38,274 nucleotides of DNA from the NCBI GenBank assembly GCA_964535155.1, contig CAZHSR010000003.1, positions 1 to 38,274 on the forward strand, given 5' to 3'. The stretch comes from an uncultured Candidatus Saccharibacteria bacterium. Its GTDB lineage: Bacteria > Patescibacteriota > WWE3 > UBA101185 > UBA10185. Shown in pieces: positions 27,848-34,791 of this stretch (within the stretch, counting starts at the first letter, position 1; each line of letters opens with the position of its first letter). Position numbers and translations under genes: made by a program. The notes below the pieces were generated by a model that was not told the origin of the DNA, did no database searches, and saw nothing but the letters and a program-made list of their open reading frames with translations.

Positions 27848-28831
27848 CTAGTACCAAACGAAATTATTCTCCAACCAGTTAAGAATTGCCTTTGTTTCGG
27901 GGAATCTAGCCTCACTTCCCATTAGAATTATTAACAAATCCTTGTCTTCATCTGCATATTCATAAATTAAAACTTCCCTTGCCTGACTTGTTGTACCAGT
28001 TTTAATTCCTACGGATCCTGAAATTTGGGTTAAAAGCTGATTTGTTGAGTAAATTGTTCTTGGGATATTACCTGTTTCTAGGTTATAAAAAGGCTTGGCA
28101 TAAATTTCTTTAATTAAGGCATTTGCCTTTGCTCTTTGTGCCAAAATGTAAAGATCCTTTGCTGTAGACTTATGAGAATAATCAAAGCTGTCAAAGCCAA
28201 CGGGATTGGTAAAAATTGTATTTACCATGCCAAATTGAAGGGCTTTTTGGTTCATCAGTTGAACAAAAGTCTCTTCGGTTGTGGCGGTGTTAGCTAAAAT
28301 ACATGCAGCATCATTTGAAGAGGAAATCAGGGTCGCATGCAGAAGGTCTTTTACTGAAATTTCTTCGGCGAGGGTCAGGTCCAGGCGATTTCCTTCTACA
28401 TTTAGACACTTTTCTGGCGTATTAGATATGGGCAAGATTTCATCTAGGGAGTAAAGATCTAAACTCACTAATGCTGTCATAAGCTTTGTTGTTGAAGCTG
28501 GTGCCAAAATTGTGTCGGGATTCTTTTGATAAAGGATTCTTGTTGTGTTTAGATCTGCAACCAAAACCGATTTTGCTGATAAAGTAGGGAATTTTGCTTT
28601 TGTGGCGTTTGTGTTGGCGGCTCCTACTGCATGGGGGATTTTTGTCATACTTCCCAGAGTCACGGGATATAGTGTGAGGGATAATCCCTCAACCGAAAAG
28701 AGCTTCTCCCTATTGAGAAGGGTAAAAACCACAATTGCCACAAGGATTATCCTTCGCTCAATCCACACCAAGACTTTCAGTAAGGCATTAAGTGAAATTT
28801 CGTTAAGGATTATCCCTCGGACTATAGGCAT
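27848..28831 (-). CDS. D-alanyl-D-alanine carboxypeptidase (peptidase S11 / PBP5-like); the N-terminal ~55 aa are encoded by palindrome cluster D
   Basis: SxxK (ASTTKLMT), SxN (SSSNDAA) and KTG (IKTGTT) motifs. The ATG at 28831 is 3 nt after the aspS stop. The only hydrophobic anchor (RRIILVAIVVFTLL) lies within the repeat cluster. An alternative start at M62 (28648) would leave no export signal. Confidence 0.75.
   Translation of the reverse strand: MPIVRGIILNEISLNALLKVLVWIERRIILVAIVVFTLLNREKLFSVEGLSLTLYPVTLGSMTKIPHAVGAANTNATKAKFPTLSAKSVLVADLNTTRILYQKNPDTILAPASTTKLMTALVSLDLYSLDEILPISNTPEKCLNVEGNRLDLTLAEEISVKDLLHATLISSSNDAACILANTATTEETFVQLMNQKALQFGMVNTIFTNPVGFDSFDYSHKSTAKDLYILAQRAKANALIKEIYAKPFYNLETGNIPRTIYSTNQLLTQISGSVGIKTGTTSQAREVLIYEYADEDKDLLIILMGSEARFPETKAILNWLENNFVWY
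28677..28817. repeat. Palindrome cluster D: 3 copies (one perfect, two C/G variants) with periods of 65 and 63 bp
   Basis: AGGGATAATCCCT at 28677-28689, AAGGATTATCCTT at 28742-28754 and AAGGATTATCCCT at 28805-28817. The spacer module 28719-28741 agggtaaaaaccacaattgccac resembles 3351-3373 in cluster A. Confidence 0.85.
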
Positions 28832-28834
28832 TAA

Positions 28835-30124
28835 TTATGGCTTTAATCTTTTTACATCCCTTGGCAAATAGGTTGCTTCCTTTATTGTAGGCAAATCCAA
28901 GATTTTCATGACAATTCTACCTGGGCCAATTCCTGCCCCTCCATGAGGCGGACAGCCATATTTAAAGAACTCCAAATAGTCATGAATTGACTCCAAGGAT
29001 AACCCTTTGCCTTCTGCCTGAGCTTTTAACACATCCAACCGATGCTCCCTTTGCGCTCCAGTTGTAATTTCCACACCTTTATAAAGCAAATCAAAGCTCT
29101 TGGTAATTTCCGGCCTATCTTCATATCGCATATGATAAAAAGGTCGCGCGTCTTTATACCAATTTGTGACAAAGACAAAGTCATGCCCAGTTTCCTCTTT
29201 TATAATCTCGCAAATTCTTCGCTCCTCTTCCGGGCTTATGTCATGCTCTTTTTCGCTAGGCACTCCAGCTTGAGCCAGCTTTTCCTTTATTTCCACCATC
29301 TCCAACCGAGGGAATGGGCGCCCAGGCACTTCCAGATGGGGCAAAACAGTGGATTTGAGCTGTTCAAATCCAGATACAATGGCAGATTCCAAAACATCCA
29401 TAACTTCTTCGGGTCCATTTATGTAAGAAATCTCAAAGTCCCATCCAGTAAATTCGGTTAAATGCCTAGTTGTAAACGAAGGTTCTGCACGAAATACAGG
29501 TCCCGTCATAAAGACCTTTTCCAACCCAGAAGCCATAGCCATTTGCTTGTAAAACTGAGGAGATTGTGCCAAATAGGCCTTTGTCTCAAAATAACCGACC
29601 TCAAAAACATCAGCGCCAGACTCACTTGGGGCACTCATAAACGAAGGAGTATACAGCTGAACAAAATCGTTTTCCAAAAAGTATTTGCGGAAACCCTCTT
29701 CCAATTGAGTCCAAACCTTAAAAATTTGCTGCTTTTCCGGTCGACGCAAATCCAGCCAACGAAAATCCAATCGCTTTGAAACATCAACTTCCCCCCCACT
29801 TTTCTCAAAAACCACAGGAATTGCAAGTTCTGGAGCTGCTAAAGATAAAATTTCCATATCAGATACGGCAATTTCTACGCCATTAGGAGCTTGAGCTTCT
29901 TCTTTTACCAAGCCTTCCAGGGAGATAACCGATTCCAAAGTTAAATCTGCAATTTTTGGAAATGCCAAAGAGTCCGCACGAATTACAGCTTGAATTGTGC
30001 CTGTAATATCGCGAAGGTTTAAAAATTTAATCTTTCCTTGATCGCGAATACTTTCCACAAAACCAGATACTTGAGCAGTTTTGCCAATTTGAGATTTAAT
30101 TTGGCTTATTTTTGTTCTTTCCAT
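28835..30124 (-). CDS. aspS: Aspartate--tRNA ligase, archaeal/type-2 form (possibly non-discriminating)
   Basis: 429 aa. N-terminal OB anticodon-binding domain, class II motif 2 GPVFRAEPS, motif 3 GGAGIGPGR, and a C-terminal PRDVKRLKP as in archaeal-type AspRS. Confidence 0.85.
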   Translation of the reverse strand: MERTKISQIKSQIGKTAQVSGFVESIRDQGKIKFLNLRDITGTIQAVIRADSLAFPKIADLTLESVISLEGLVKEEAQAPNGVEIAVSDMEILSLAAPELAIPVVFEKSGGEVDVSKRLDFRWLDLRRPEKQQIFKVWTQLEEGFRKYFLENDFVQLYTPSFMSAPSESGADVFEVGYFETKAYLAQSPQFYKQMAMASGLEKVFMTGPVFRAEPSFTTRHLTEFTGWDFEISYINGPEEVMDVLESAIVSGFEQLKSTVLPHLEVPGRPFPRLEMVEIKEKLAQAGVPSEKEHDISPEEERRICEIIKEETGHDFVFVTNWYKDARPFYHMRYEDRPEITKSFDLLYKGVEITTGAQREHRLDVLKAQAEGKGLSLESIHDYLEFFKYGCPPHGGAGIGPGRIVMKILDLPTIKEATYLPRDVKRLKP

Positions 30125-30223
30125 ATATATTAAAGATTATAACTTTTTACTTGTTTTTTGGGGAATTTTGGCCCCATTTTTACAATGATAAGCCACAGAT
30201 TACTGAGCTTTGCAATGCAAATG

Positions 30224-30257
30224 CTAGGGTCCCTAATCTAAGGACGGTGCCACCTAG
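30224..30257 (-). promoter_or_regulatory. T-box-like antiterminator/antisequestrator candidate in the aspS leader
   Basis: The minus-strand RNA is CUAGG-UGGCACC-GUCCUUA-GAU-UAGGGAC-CCUAG. That is a 5-bp helix, a 7-nt bulge starting with UGGC, and a 7-bp helix with one G-U pair. GGUGGCACCG matches the T-box core GGUGGNACCG. Confidence 0.3.
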
Positions 30258-30280
30258 AACTTTTATCTCTTTTTAATATT

Positions 30281-30308
30281 AAAAACTCGGGAGGTGTCAC
30301 GGTCTCCG
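30281..30308 (-). other. Leader hairpin followed by a U run, with GAC-A in the loop
   Basis: The minus strand reads CGGAG-accgugacac-CUCC(C)G followed by UUUUU. It could be a terminator/attenuator or a minimal specifier hairpin. Confidence 0.3.
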
Positions 30309-30331
30309 TCATTGTTTTTGTTATTGGGGTT

Positions 30332-30359
30332 AGTATAGGGGATTTGGAGGGGTTGTCAA
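30332..30359 (-). promoter_or_regulatory. Sigma-70-type promoter TTGACA-16-TATACT directed toward aspS
   Basis: On the minus strand, TTGACA is at 30359-30354 and TATACT at 30337-30332. This would give an aspS leader of about 200 nt. Confidence 0.4.
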
Positions 30360-30407
30360 TGGAAATGAATTACCCAAACCTAAGGAATAAACTATCAGGG
30401 GGAAATT

Positions 30408-30416
30408 TGGTACAAT
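30408..30416 (+). promoter_or_regulatory. Extended -10 (TGgTACAAT) for the tRNA gene
   Basis: The hexamer ends 14 nt upstream of tRNA position 1. Confidence 0.4.
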
Positions 30417-30430
30417 AGTTGGCATGGTGA

Positions 30431-30506
30431 GGGGCGGTAGCCAAGGTGGTCACGGCACCGGTCTGAAAAACCGGCGATGTGGGTTCGACTCCCACCCTCC
30501 CCACCA
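30431..30506 (+). tRNA. tRNA-Phe (anticodon GAA), CCA encoded
   Basis: Hand-folded cloverleaf of 76 nt. Acceptor stem GGGGCGG/CCTCCCC has one C5:U68 mismatch. U8, A14, G18G19 and A21 are present. Anticodon arm CCGGT-CTGAAAA-ACCGG. 4-nt variable loop. T arm GTGGG-TTCGACT-CCCAC. Discriminator A followed by CCA. Confidence 0.85.
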
Positions 30507-30588
30507 TAGAAATATACACCCGCTTTATTCTTTCATATCAGCAATAGATTTTTCGATTTTAGATATAGTGGGTAATAAATAGTTCGAC

Positions 30589-30597
30589 TGATATAAT
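30589..30597 (+). promoter_or_regulatory. Extended -10 (TGaTATAAT), leaderless geometry
   Basis: TGATATAAT-ataaat-ATG(30604). Confidence 0.45.
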
Positions 30598-30603
30598 ATA
30601 AAT

Positions 30604-31227
30604 ATGCCAAAAATGCCACTAAACGAAAAAATAAATCCGAAGCACACCTGCTTACTCGTAATAGATATACAAGTTGATTTTGCTTCCCCAAAGGGATTAC
30701 TTGGAAAAAAGGGGAGAGATTTATCAGAAGTAGCACCCCTGTTAGAAAATTTAGAAAAGACAATCAGTACAGCAAAAGAAAAGGATGTATTAACTCTGTA
30801 TACCCAGCAAATTTACGATAGAGAAAACTTAACAGATTTACAAAAAGAGCAGTACGATTTAGATGGGAAATTAGTAACTTGTGATTTTAGCACTAATGGA
30901 TACAAATTCTATGAGATTAAACCCCCTCAAAAAGATGTGTATGTTAAATATAACTTTAATGCCTTTTCTAACCCAGACTTGGTAAACAGACTGAATAAAG
31001 AGTCCATAAAAACAATGATAATTACTGGAATGGATACAATATACTGTGTTGAAACGGCAATAAGAAATGCTTTTGATTTAGGTTACAAAGTAGTTGTACC
31101 TAAAGATTTGGTTGCAGGAAATGCAAAAAACAAAGATTTAGCTGAAAAAACTTTAGCAATGGCAGGCAGAATGGGTGTAACGACTACATCGGATGAGATT
31201 ATTAGGATATGGAGTACTGAGTACTAA
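30604..31227 (+). CDS. Isochorismatase-family cysteine hydrolase (nicotinamidase-like)
   Basis: 207 aa. Candidate catalytic D/K/C positions are in family-typical contexts: LLVIDIQVDF, VKYNFNAF and DTIYCVETAIR. Confidence 0.8.
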   Translation: MPKMPLNEKINPKHTCLLVIDIQVDFASPKGLLGKKGRDLSEVAPLLENLEKTISTAKEKDVLTLYTQQIYDRENLTDLQKEQYDLDGKLVTCDFSTNGYKFYEIKPPQKDVYVKYNFNAFSNPDLVNRLNKESIKTMIITGMDTIYCVETAIRNAFDLGYKVVVPKDLVAGNAKNKDLAEKTLAMAGRMGVTTTSDEIIRIWSTEY

Positions 31228-31267
31228 CAAGAAAAAAGTTCGCAACATCGTTCATAATACCCCACCA

Positions 31268-31273
31268 TATAAT
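31268..31273 (+). promoter_or_regulatory. -10 box TATAAT, leaderless geometry
   Basis: TATAAT-ttaagt-ATG(31280). Confidence 0.4.
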
Positions 31274-31279
31274 TTAAGT

Positions 31280-31690
31280 ATGGAAAAACATGTTATGGCT
31301 AAAATAGGACAATATGTTCTAATACTTCAAAATGGAAAAATTTTGCTTCTAAAAAGGGCTGGTTCAGATAGTTGGTCTTTACCTGGAGGTAGATTAAATG
31401 AAGAAGATACCCCAAGAGAAGCAGTAAAAAGAGAAATTGAGGAAGAAACAGGTCTGTCCATAGACAATCTTCATCCATATGAGGTACTTCTACTAAAGGA
31501 TAGATATCAAACAAAATATTCGGTTTTCTTTACCTGCAATGTAATAAATGTAAAAGAAATTATCTTAAGTGAGGAACATTCTGAATATGATTTTTTCGCG
31601 AGGGATCAACTTGAAAATTTCAAGGATATTGACGACAGTATCGAAATTAGAAATATGTTAGTGAAGTTTCTAGCTGAAAAAAGTTCATAA
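31280..31690 (+). CDS. Nudix hydrolase
   Basis: Nudix box GGRLNEEDTPREAVKREIEEETGL. The start at 31280 was chosen from the -10/N6 geometry. The track start at 31193 overlaps the previous gene. Confidence 0.85.
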   Translation: MEKHVMAKIGQYVLILQNGKILLLKRAGSDSWSLPGGRLNEEDTPREAVKREIEEETGLSIDNLHPYEVLLLKDRYQTKYSVFFTCNVINVKEIILSEEHSEYDFFARDQLENFKDIDDSIEIRNMLVKFLAEKSS

Positions 31691-31725
31691 TATCTTTCGC
31701 AAGAATCCACCATAAAAAACTGTGC

Positions 31726-31734
31726 TGTTATAAT
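31726..31734 (+). promoter_or_regulatory. Extended -10 (TGtTATAAT), leaderless geometry
   Basis: TGTTATAAT-atccac-ATG(31741). Confidence 0.45.
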
Positions 31735-31740
31735 ATCCAC

Positions 31741-32328
31741 ATGAAAGATACAATTCAAAAAGTCAATAACTCCTTTAACACACTTGTAATGTTTATCCTT
31801 TTTTCTGGAGCATTATATTTCATATATTACTCACTAGAAGAATCAAAACCTCAATATTTGTTATTTTCAGCATTGGTTTATTTATTGGGTTTGTTTGTAA
31901 GAACGCGATTTGTACGAGAAGATTATGATAGTAAATTCACAGAGACTGGTTTATTCTTTATCTCCTTCCTTCTAACGGCATATTTACTTTATATTGCAGG
32001 TATAGACCAAAACATTAAGAATTACTTACCTGATAAAATTTTAATACAATCAGGATTTGCCTTTGTATGGTTTCTTGTAATACACATCCTTTCCCAGATT
32101 AAAAATAGTTACTGGAGATTTATATCTATTTTAGTATTTGTTGGTCTTGTTTTAATAAGCGAAGTGTTTAAAGACTTTTTCAATTCTTTTTTCATGGAAA
32201 ACAAGGAGATGGCAAATTTTATAATTGGAACTCCAGTACTTTATTTGTTCATGACAGTTTTTGGGATTGACCATATTATAGCGAGAGTTTTTGGTTTGAA
32301 ATCAGACGAACTACAAAAGATAAAGTAA
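31741..32328 (+). CDS. Hypothetical polytopic membrane protein (about 6 TM)
   Basis: 195 aa and hydrophobic. I recognise no family. Confidence 0.5.
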   Translation: MKDTIQKVNNSFNTLVMFILFSGALYFIYYSLEESKPQYLLFSALVYLLGLFVRTRFVREDYDSKFTETGLFFISFLLTAYLLYIAGIDQNIKNYLPDKILIQSGFAFVWFLVIHILSQIKNSYWRFISILVFVGLVLISEVFKDFFNSFFMENKEMANFIIGTPVLYLFMTVFGIDHIIARVFGLKSDELQKIK

Positions 32329-32381
32329 GGAAAAAAACTCCAGCAAGCCCAAGTATTTGTTCGCTTTTTAAGACTTATAAT

Positions 32382-32390
32382 TGATATAAT
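32382..32390 (+). promoter_or_regulatory. Extended -10 (TGaTATAAT), leaderless geometry
   Basis: TGATATAAT-atatct-ATG(32397). Confidence 0.45.
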
Positions 32391-32396
32391 ATATCT

Positions 32397-33179
32397 ATGG
32401 ACTTAATGTATATCGATGAATCTGGGGATACTGTTCCGCTGTCCCAAAAGGGAAAGAAATTTTTAGTACTTACGGGGTGCATAATAAATGAAAGCAATGC
32501 ACTGAAAATTGAATTGCAATTTAGAGACATAAAAAAAGCGTTTTATCAAGACGAGAATATAGAAATAAAATCCAACTTCTTGCGTTATGCTAATCCAGAT
32601 CTAGAAGAAAATTCTCCACTAAAGCTAAATTCTAGGGAGAAATATAATGAGTTAGAGGAAAAAGTAACGGAGTTTCTAAAAGGAGTTGATATTGCCCTAT
32701 ATTCAGTGGTAATAGATAAAGAGGCATACTGGGATCAATACCCTTCGCAAAACCCTTATAATATCGCATATGTATTTTTGTTGGAGAGGTTTCAAAGGTA
32801 TCTAAAAGGGAAAAACTCAAACGGAATATGTGTTATCGACCCACGCGAAGGTCAAGTAGAAAAACACTACATGGGAAATGAACTTTCTAAAATACACAAC
32901 AGCATGCGATGGGAAAACACAGATTTATGGAGAAGTTGCCCGAATATAATAGAAAAACTGCTTTTTTCTCAATCCGACGCTACTATTGGGATTCAATTGG
33001 CGGACTTATTCTGTTACCCAATATTTAATGTATTTGAATATAACAAAACCAAAGAAGAGTATTGGCGATTCGCAGAGTTAAGTTATCCAAAATTAGTCAA
33101 GCACAACGGAAGAATTGATGGTATTGGTCTAAAATATTTCCCTGATAAAACGAAAAAAGACCTTCGGTTCTTCACTTAA
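32397..33179 (+). CDS. DUF3800 domain protein
   Basis: The N-terminal MYIDESGD motif and the later IQLADL block are typical of DUF3800, from memory of the family. Confidence 0.65.
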   Translation: MDLMYIDESGDTVPLSQKGKKFLVLTGCIINESNALKIELQFRDIKKAFYQDENIEIKSNFLRYANPDLEENSPLKLNSREKYNELEEKVTEFLKGVDIALYSVVIDKEAYWDQYPSQNPYNIAYVFLLERFQRYLKGKNSNGICVIDPREGQVEKHYMGNELSKIHNSMRWENTDLWRSCPNIIEKLLFSQSDATIGIQLADLFCYPIFNVFEYNKTKEEYWRFAELSYPKLVKHNGRIDGIGLKYFPDKTKKDLRFFT

Positions 33180-33301
33180 GGTCTTCTTTCGATGGGCGCG
33201 ATTACCTCGCGACCATGTAAATAATAGCAAGGCGAACAACTCATTGTCAAACAGCTTCGTTTAAAACCATGTACAAGCCTACATTTTACCCTCCCAACAA
33301 C

Positions 33302-33310
33302 TGGTATAAT
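33302..33310 (+). promoter_or_regulatory. Extended -10 (TGgTATAAT), leaderless geometry
   Basis: TGGTATAAT-aagaat-ATG(33317). Confidence 0.45.
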
Positions 33311-33316
33311 AAGAAT

Positions 33317-33655
33317 ATGGAACACAGAATTTTATTAACACAAGAAGAAGCATTTGAATTAAGCAAAGAATTAGAAATTCTTAGTGTGGGTTATGTCAAA
33401 GATGAATACACAGGGAATAACCGTATAAGAGTTGATGCCTCTGGGGATATACGCCAAAAAGATTATCCAACGCCTGTAAAAGGAACAACTGTAAGATTCT
33501 CTGCCAAGTGCAAACTCGGAAATACAGAGGATGTTTGGTTTGAGGTTAAATGGACAAAGGATAAGGTGAGATTTGAAATTGAATTTGAAGGGGAAGTACC
33601 AGAAAAATTTAAGGATAGACCTAATTTAAGGGGTTGGCAGATCTTGGAGGAATAA
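33317..33655 (+). CDS. Hypothetical small soluble protein
   Basis: 112 aa (MEHRILLTQEE...). The start was chosen from the promoter geometry; the track ORF begins at 33269. I recognise no family. Confidence 0.45.
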   Translation: MEHRILLTQEEAFELSKELEILSVGYVKDEYTGNNRIRVDASGDIRQKDYPTPVKGTTVRFSAKCKLGNTEDVWFEVKWTKDKVRFEIEFEGEVPEKFKDRPNLRGWQILEE

Positions 33656-33660
33656 AAGGA

Positions 33661-34029
33661 CTATTCCCCCTTTGGAGGAGAAAGCCGATTCTTGAAAACC
33701 TTACTCACAAACTTCACATTAACCGCCCTTTCCAAATGCTCTACTGCCAAAGTCAAACCAAATCCACCTCCTAAATAAACCAGCAAAGCAAACAGGGCAG
33801 GTAAATCGGCTACGCTTGTGCCTCCTAAATAAGGAGTGGGAAAAATTCCATGGAAAGGTTGCATCAAATAATCGGTTGTAGAGTAGAGCCAAACTACAAA
33901 AGGGGCAACAGTTGACGCACCTGAAAATTTTAAAATAAACCTAAAAATGATTAAGCCGGAAAGTGAGAGTGCAATAATAAAAGTGGTTTTTGACCAAAAT
34001 TTATTTCCCATATCAAAATTATATACCAA
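33661..34029 (-). CDS. YggT-like small membrane protein
   Basis: 122 aa with 2-3 TM segments. The pattern LMQPFHGIFPTPYLGG..VADLPALFALLVY resembles the YggT family. Weak call. Confidence 0.4.
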   Translation of the reverse strand: MVYNFDMGNKFWSKTTFIIALSLSGLIIFRFILKFSGASTVAPFVVWLYSTTDYLMQPFHGIFPTPYLGGTSVADLPALFALLVYLGGGFGLTLAVEHLERAVNVKFVSKVFKNRLSPPKGE

Positions 34030-34732
34030 ATGAGGGCGTGTGCAATAAATCGATGATTTCTTTTTGGGTTAAATAGCGAAATTCACCTTGCTTTAGATCC
34101 CCTAAACCTAAATTTCCAATTTGAACTCGCTTTAACTCAACTACGCGTAATCCAACCGCCTTGCACATTTCCCTTATTTGACGCTTTAAACCTTGATGCA
34201 AAATTATCTCAAACTCTTGCTCTCCTAAAGGCTTAATTTCCACAGGCAAAGTCTTTTCTCCATAAATTTCCACACCTTGTGCCATCTCATCCAGTTGCTT
34301 TTGACTAAACTTTTCTCTTGTCTTAACTACATACTTTTTTGGAACATGATACCTTGGATGAGTTAATTTTAAAGCAAAATCTCCATCATTTGTTAAAAGC
34401 AAAAGCCCAGTGGAATTGTAATCTAGCCTTCCAACGGGATAAACTTTTTCTGGAACTTTTATAAAGTCCAAAACAGTTTTGCGACCCCATTCATCTTCTG
34501 TTGTACTTAAAACATTTAATGGCTTATAAAATGCAATGTATCTAAAATTTAAATTTTCTGGTTGAACTTTTTTTCCTTCTACTAAAACTGCATTATTCCC
34601 AGGGTCTATTCTAACTACATCTTCAACTACGGCCCCATTTACAGAAACTAAACCTGCTTCAATCAGGTCTTTTGCTTTTCTTCTGGAGCTAATTCCGTTT
34701 TTTGATAGGAAGGAGTCTAGGCGAATTAACAT
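34019..34732 (-). CDS. Pseudouridine synthase, RsuA/RluB family
   Basis: N-terminal S4 domain (RLDSFLSKNGISSRRKAKDLIEAGLVSVNG) and catalytic motif GRLDYNSTGLLLLTNDG. Confidence 0.85.
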   Translation of the reverse strand: MLIRLDSFLSKNGISSRRKAKDLIEAGLVSVNGAVVEDVVRIDPGNNAVLVEGKKVQPENLNFRYIAFYKPLNVLSTTEDEWGRKTVLDFIKVPEKVYPVGRLDYNSTGLLLLTNDGDFALKLTHPRYHVPKKYVVKTREKFSQKQLDEMAQGVEIYGEKTLPVEIKPLGEQEFEIILHQGLKRQIREMCKAVGLRVVELKRVQIGNLGLGDLKQGEFRYLTQKEIIDLLHTPSFGI

Positions 34733-34791
34733 AATATGTATTATACAGTAAATACACGGTGTGGTTGTGCAAACACAAGGGATTAATTATA

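Noticed and set aside
28995-29007. Near-copy of the palindrome (AAGGATAACCCTT, one mismatch) inside aspS
   Set aside because: It is solitary, has no partner at 63/65 bp, breaks the dyad symmetry, and encodes ordinary AspRS C-terminal sequence (GKGLSLESI). Most likely coincidence.
30209-30221. A second 6-1-6 palindrome, TTTGCAATGCAAA, in the aspS leader
   Set aside because: It is a single AT-rich copy with no repeat elsewhere in the window. It may simply form a small hairpin, and the evidence for an operator is insufficient.
30326-30402. Four G runs (GGGG at 30326, 30338 and 30349; GGGGG at 30398) upstream of the tRNA as a possible G-quadruplex
   Set aside because: The last run is about 45 nt from the others. 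The tract is also the complement of the C-rich promoter/leader region of aspS. Nothing in the sequence alone supports a function.
30125-30430. Possible small RNA gene (SRP RNA, 6S, RNase P or tmRNA) in the 300-bp non-coding gap
   Set aside because: I could not find the diagnostic motifs: no GGAA-tetraloop/AGCA SRP domain IV, no GAGGAAAGUCC RNase P motif, and no tRNA-like tmRNA ends. The region is better explained by two divergent promoters plus an aspS leader.
33180-33268. GC-richer intergenic stretch with a small CGCGA-ttacc-TCGCG hairpin after the DUF3800 gene, as a possible terminator
   Set aside because: The stem is only 5 bp and no T run follows. It is too weak to call.
30496-33700. Integrated mobile element at the tRNA-Phe 3' end
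   Set aside because: No integrase or recombinase gene is present. I found no direct repeat of the tRNA 3' end; the only match is gttcgact at 30582-30589, too short to be meaningful. The genes carry native-looking leaderless promoters.
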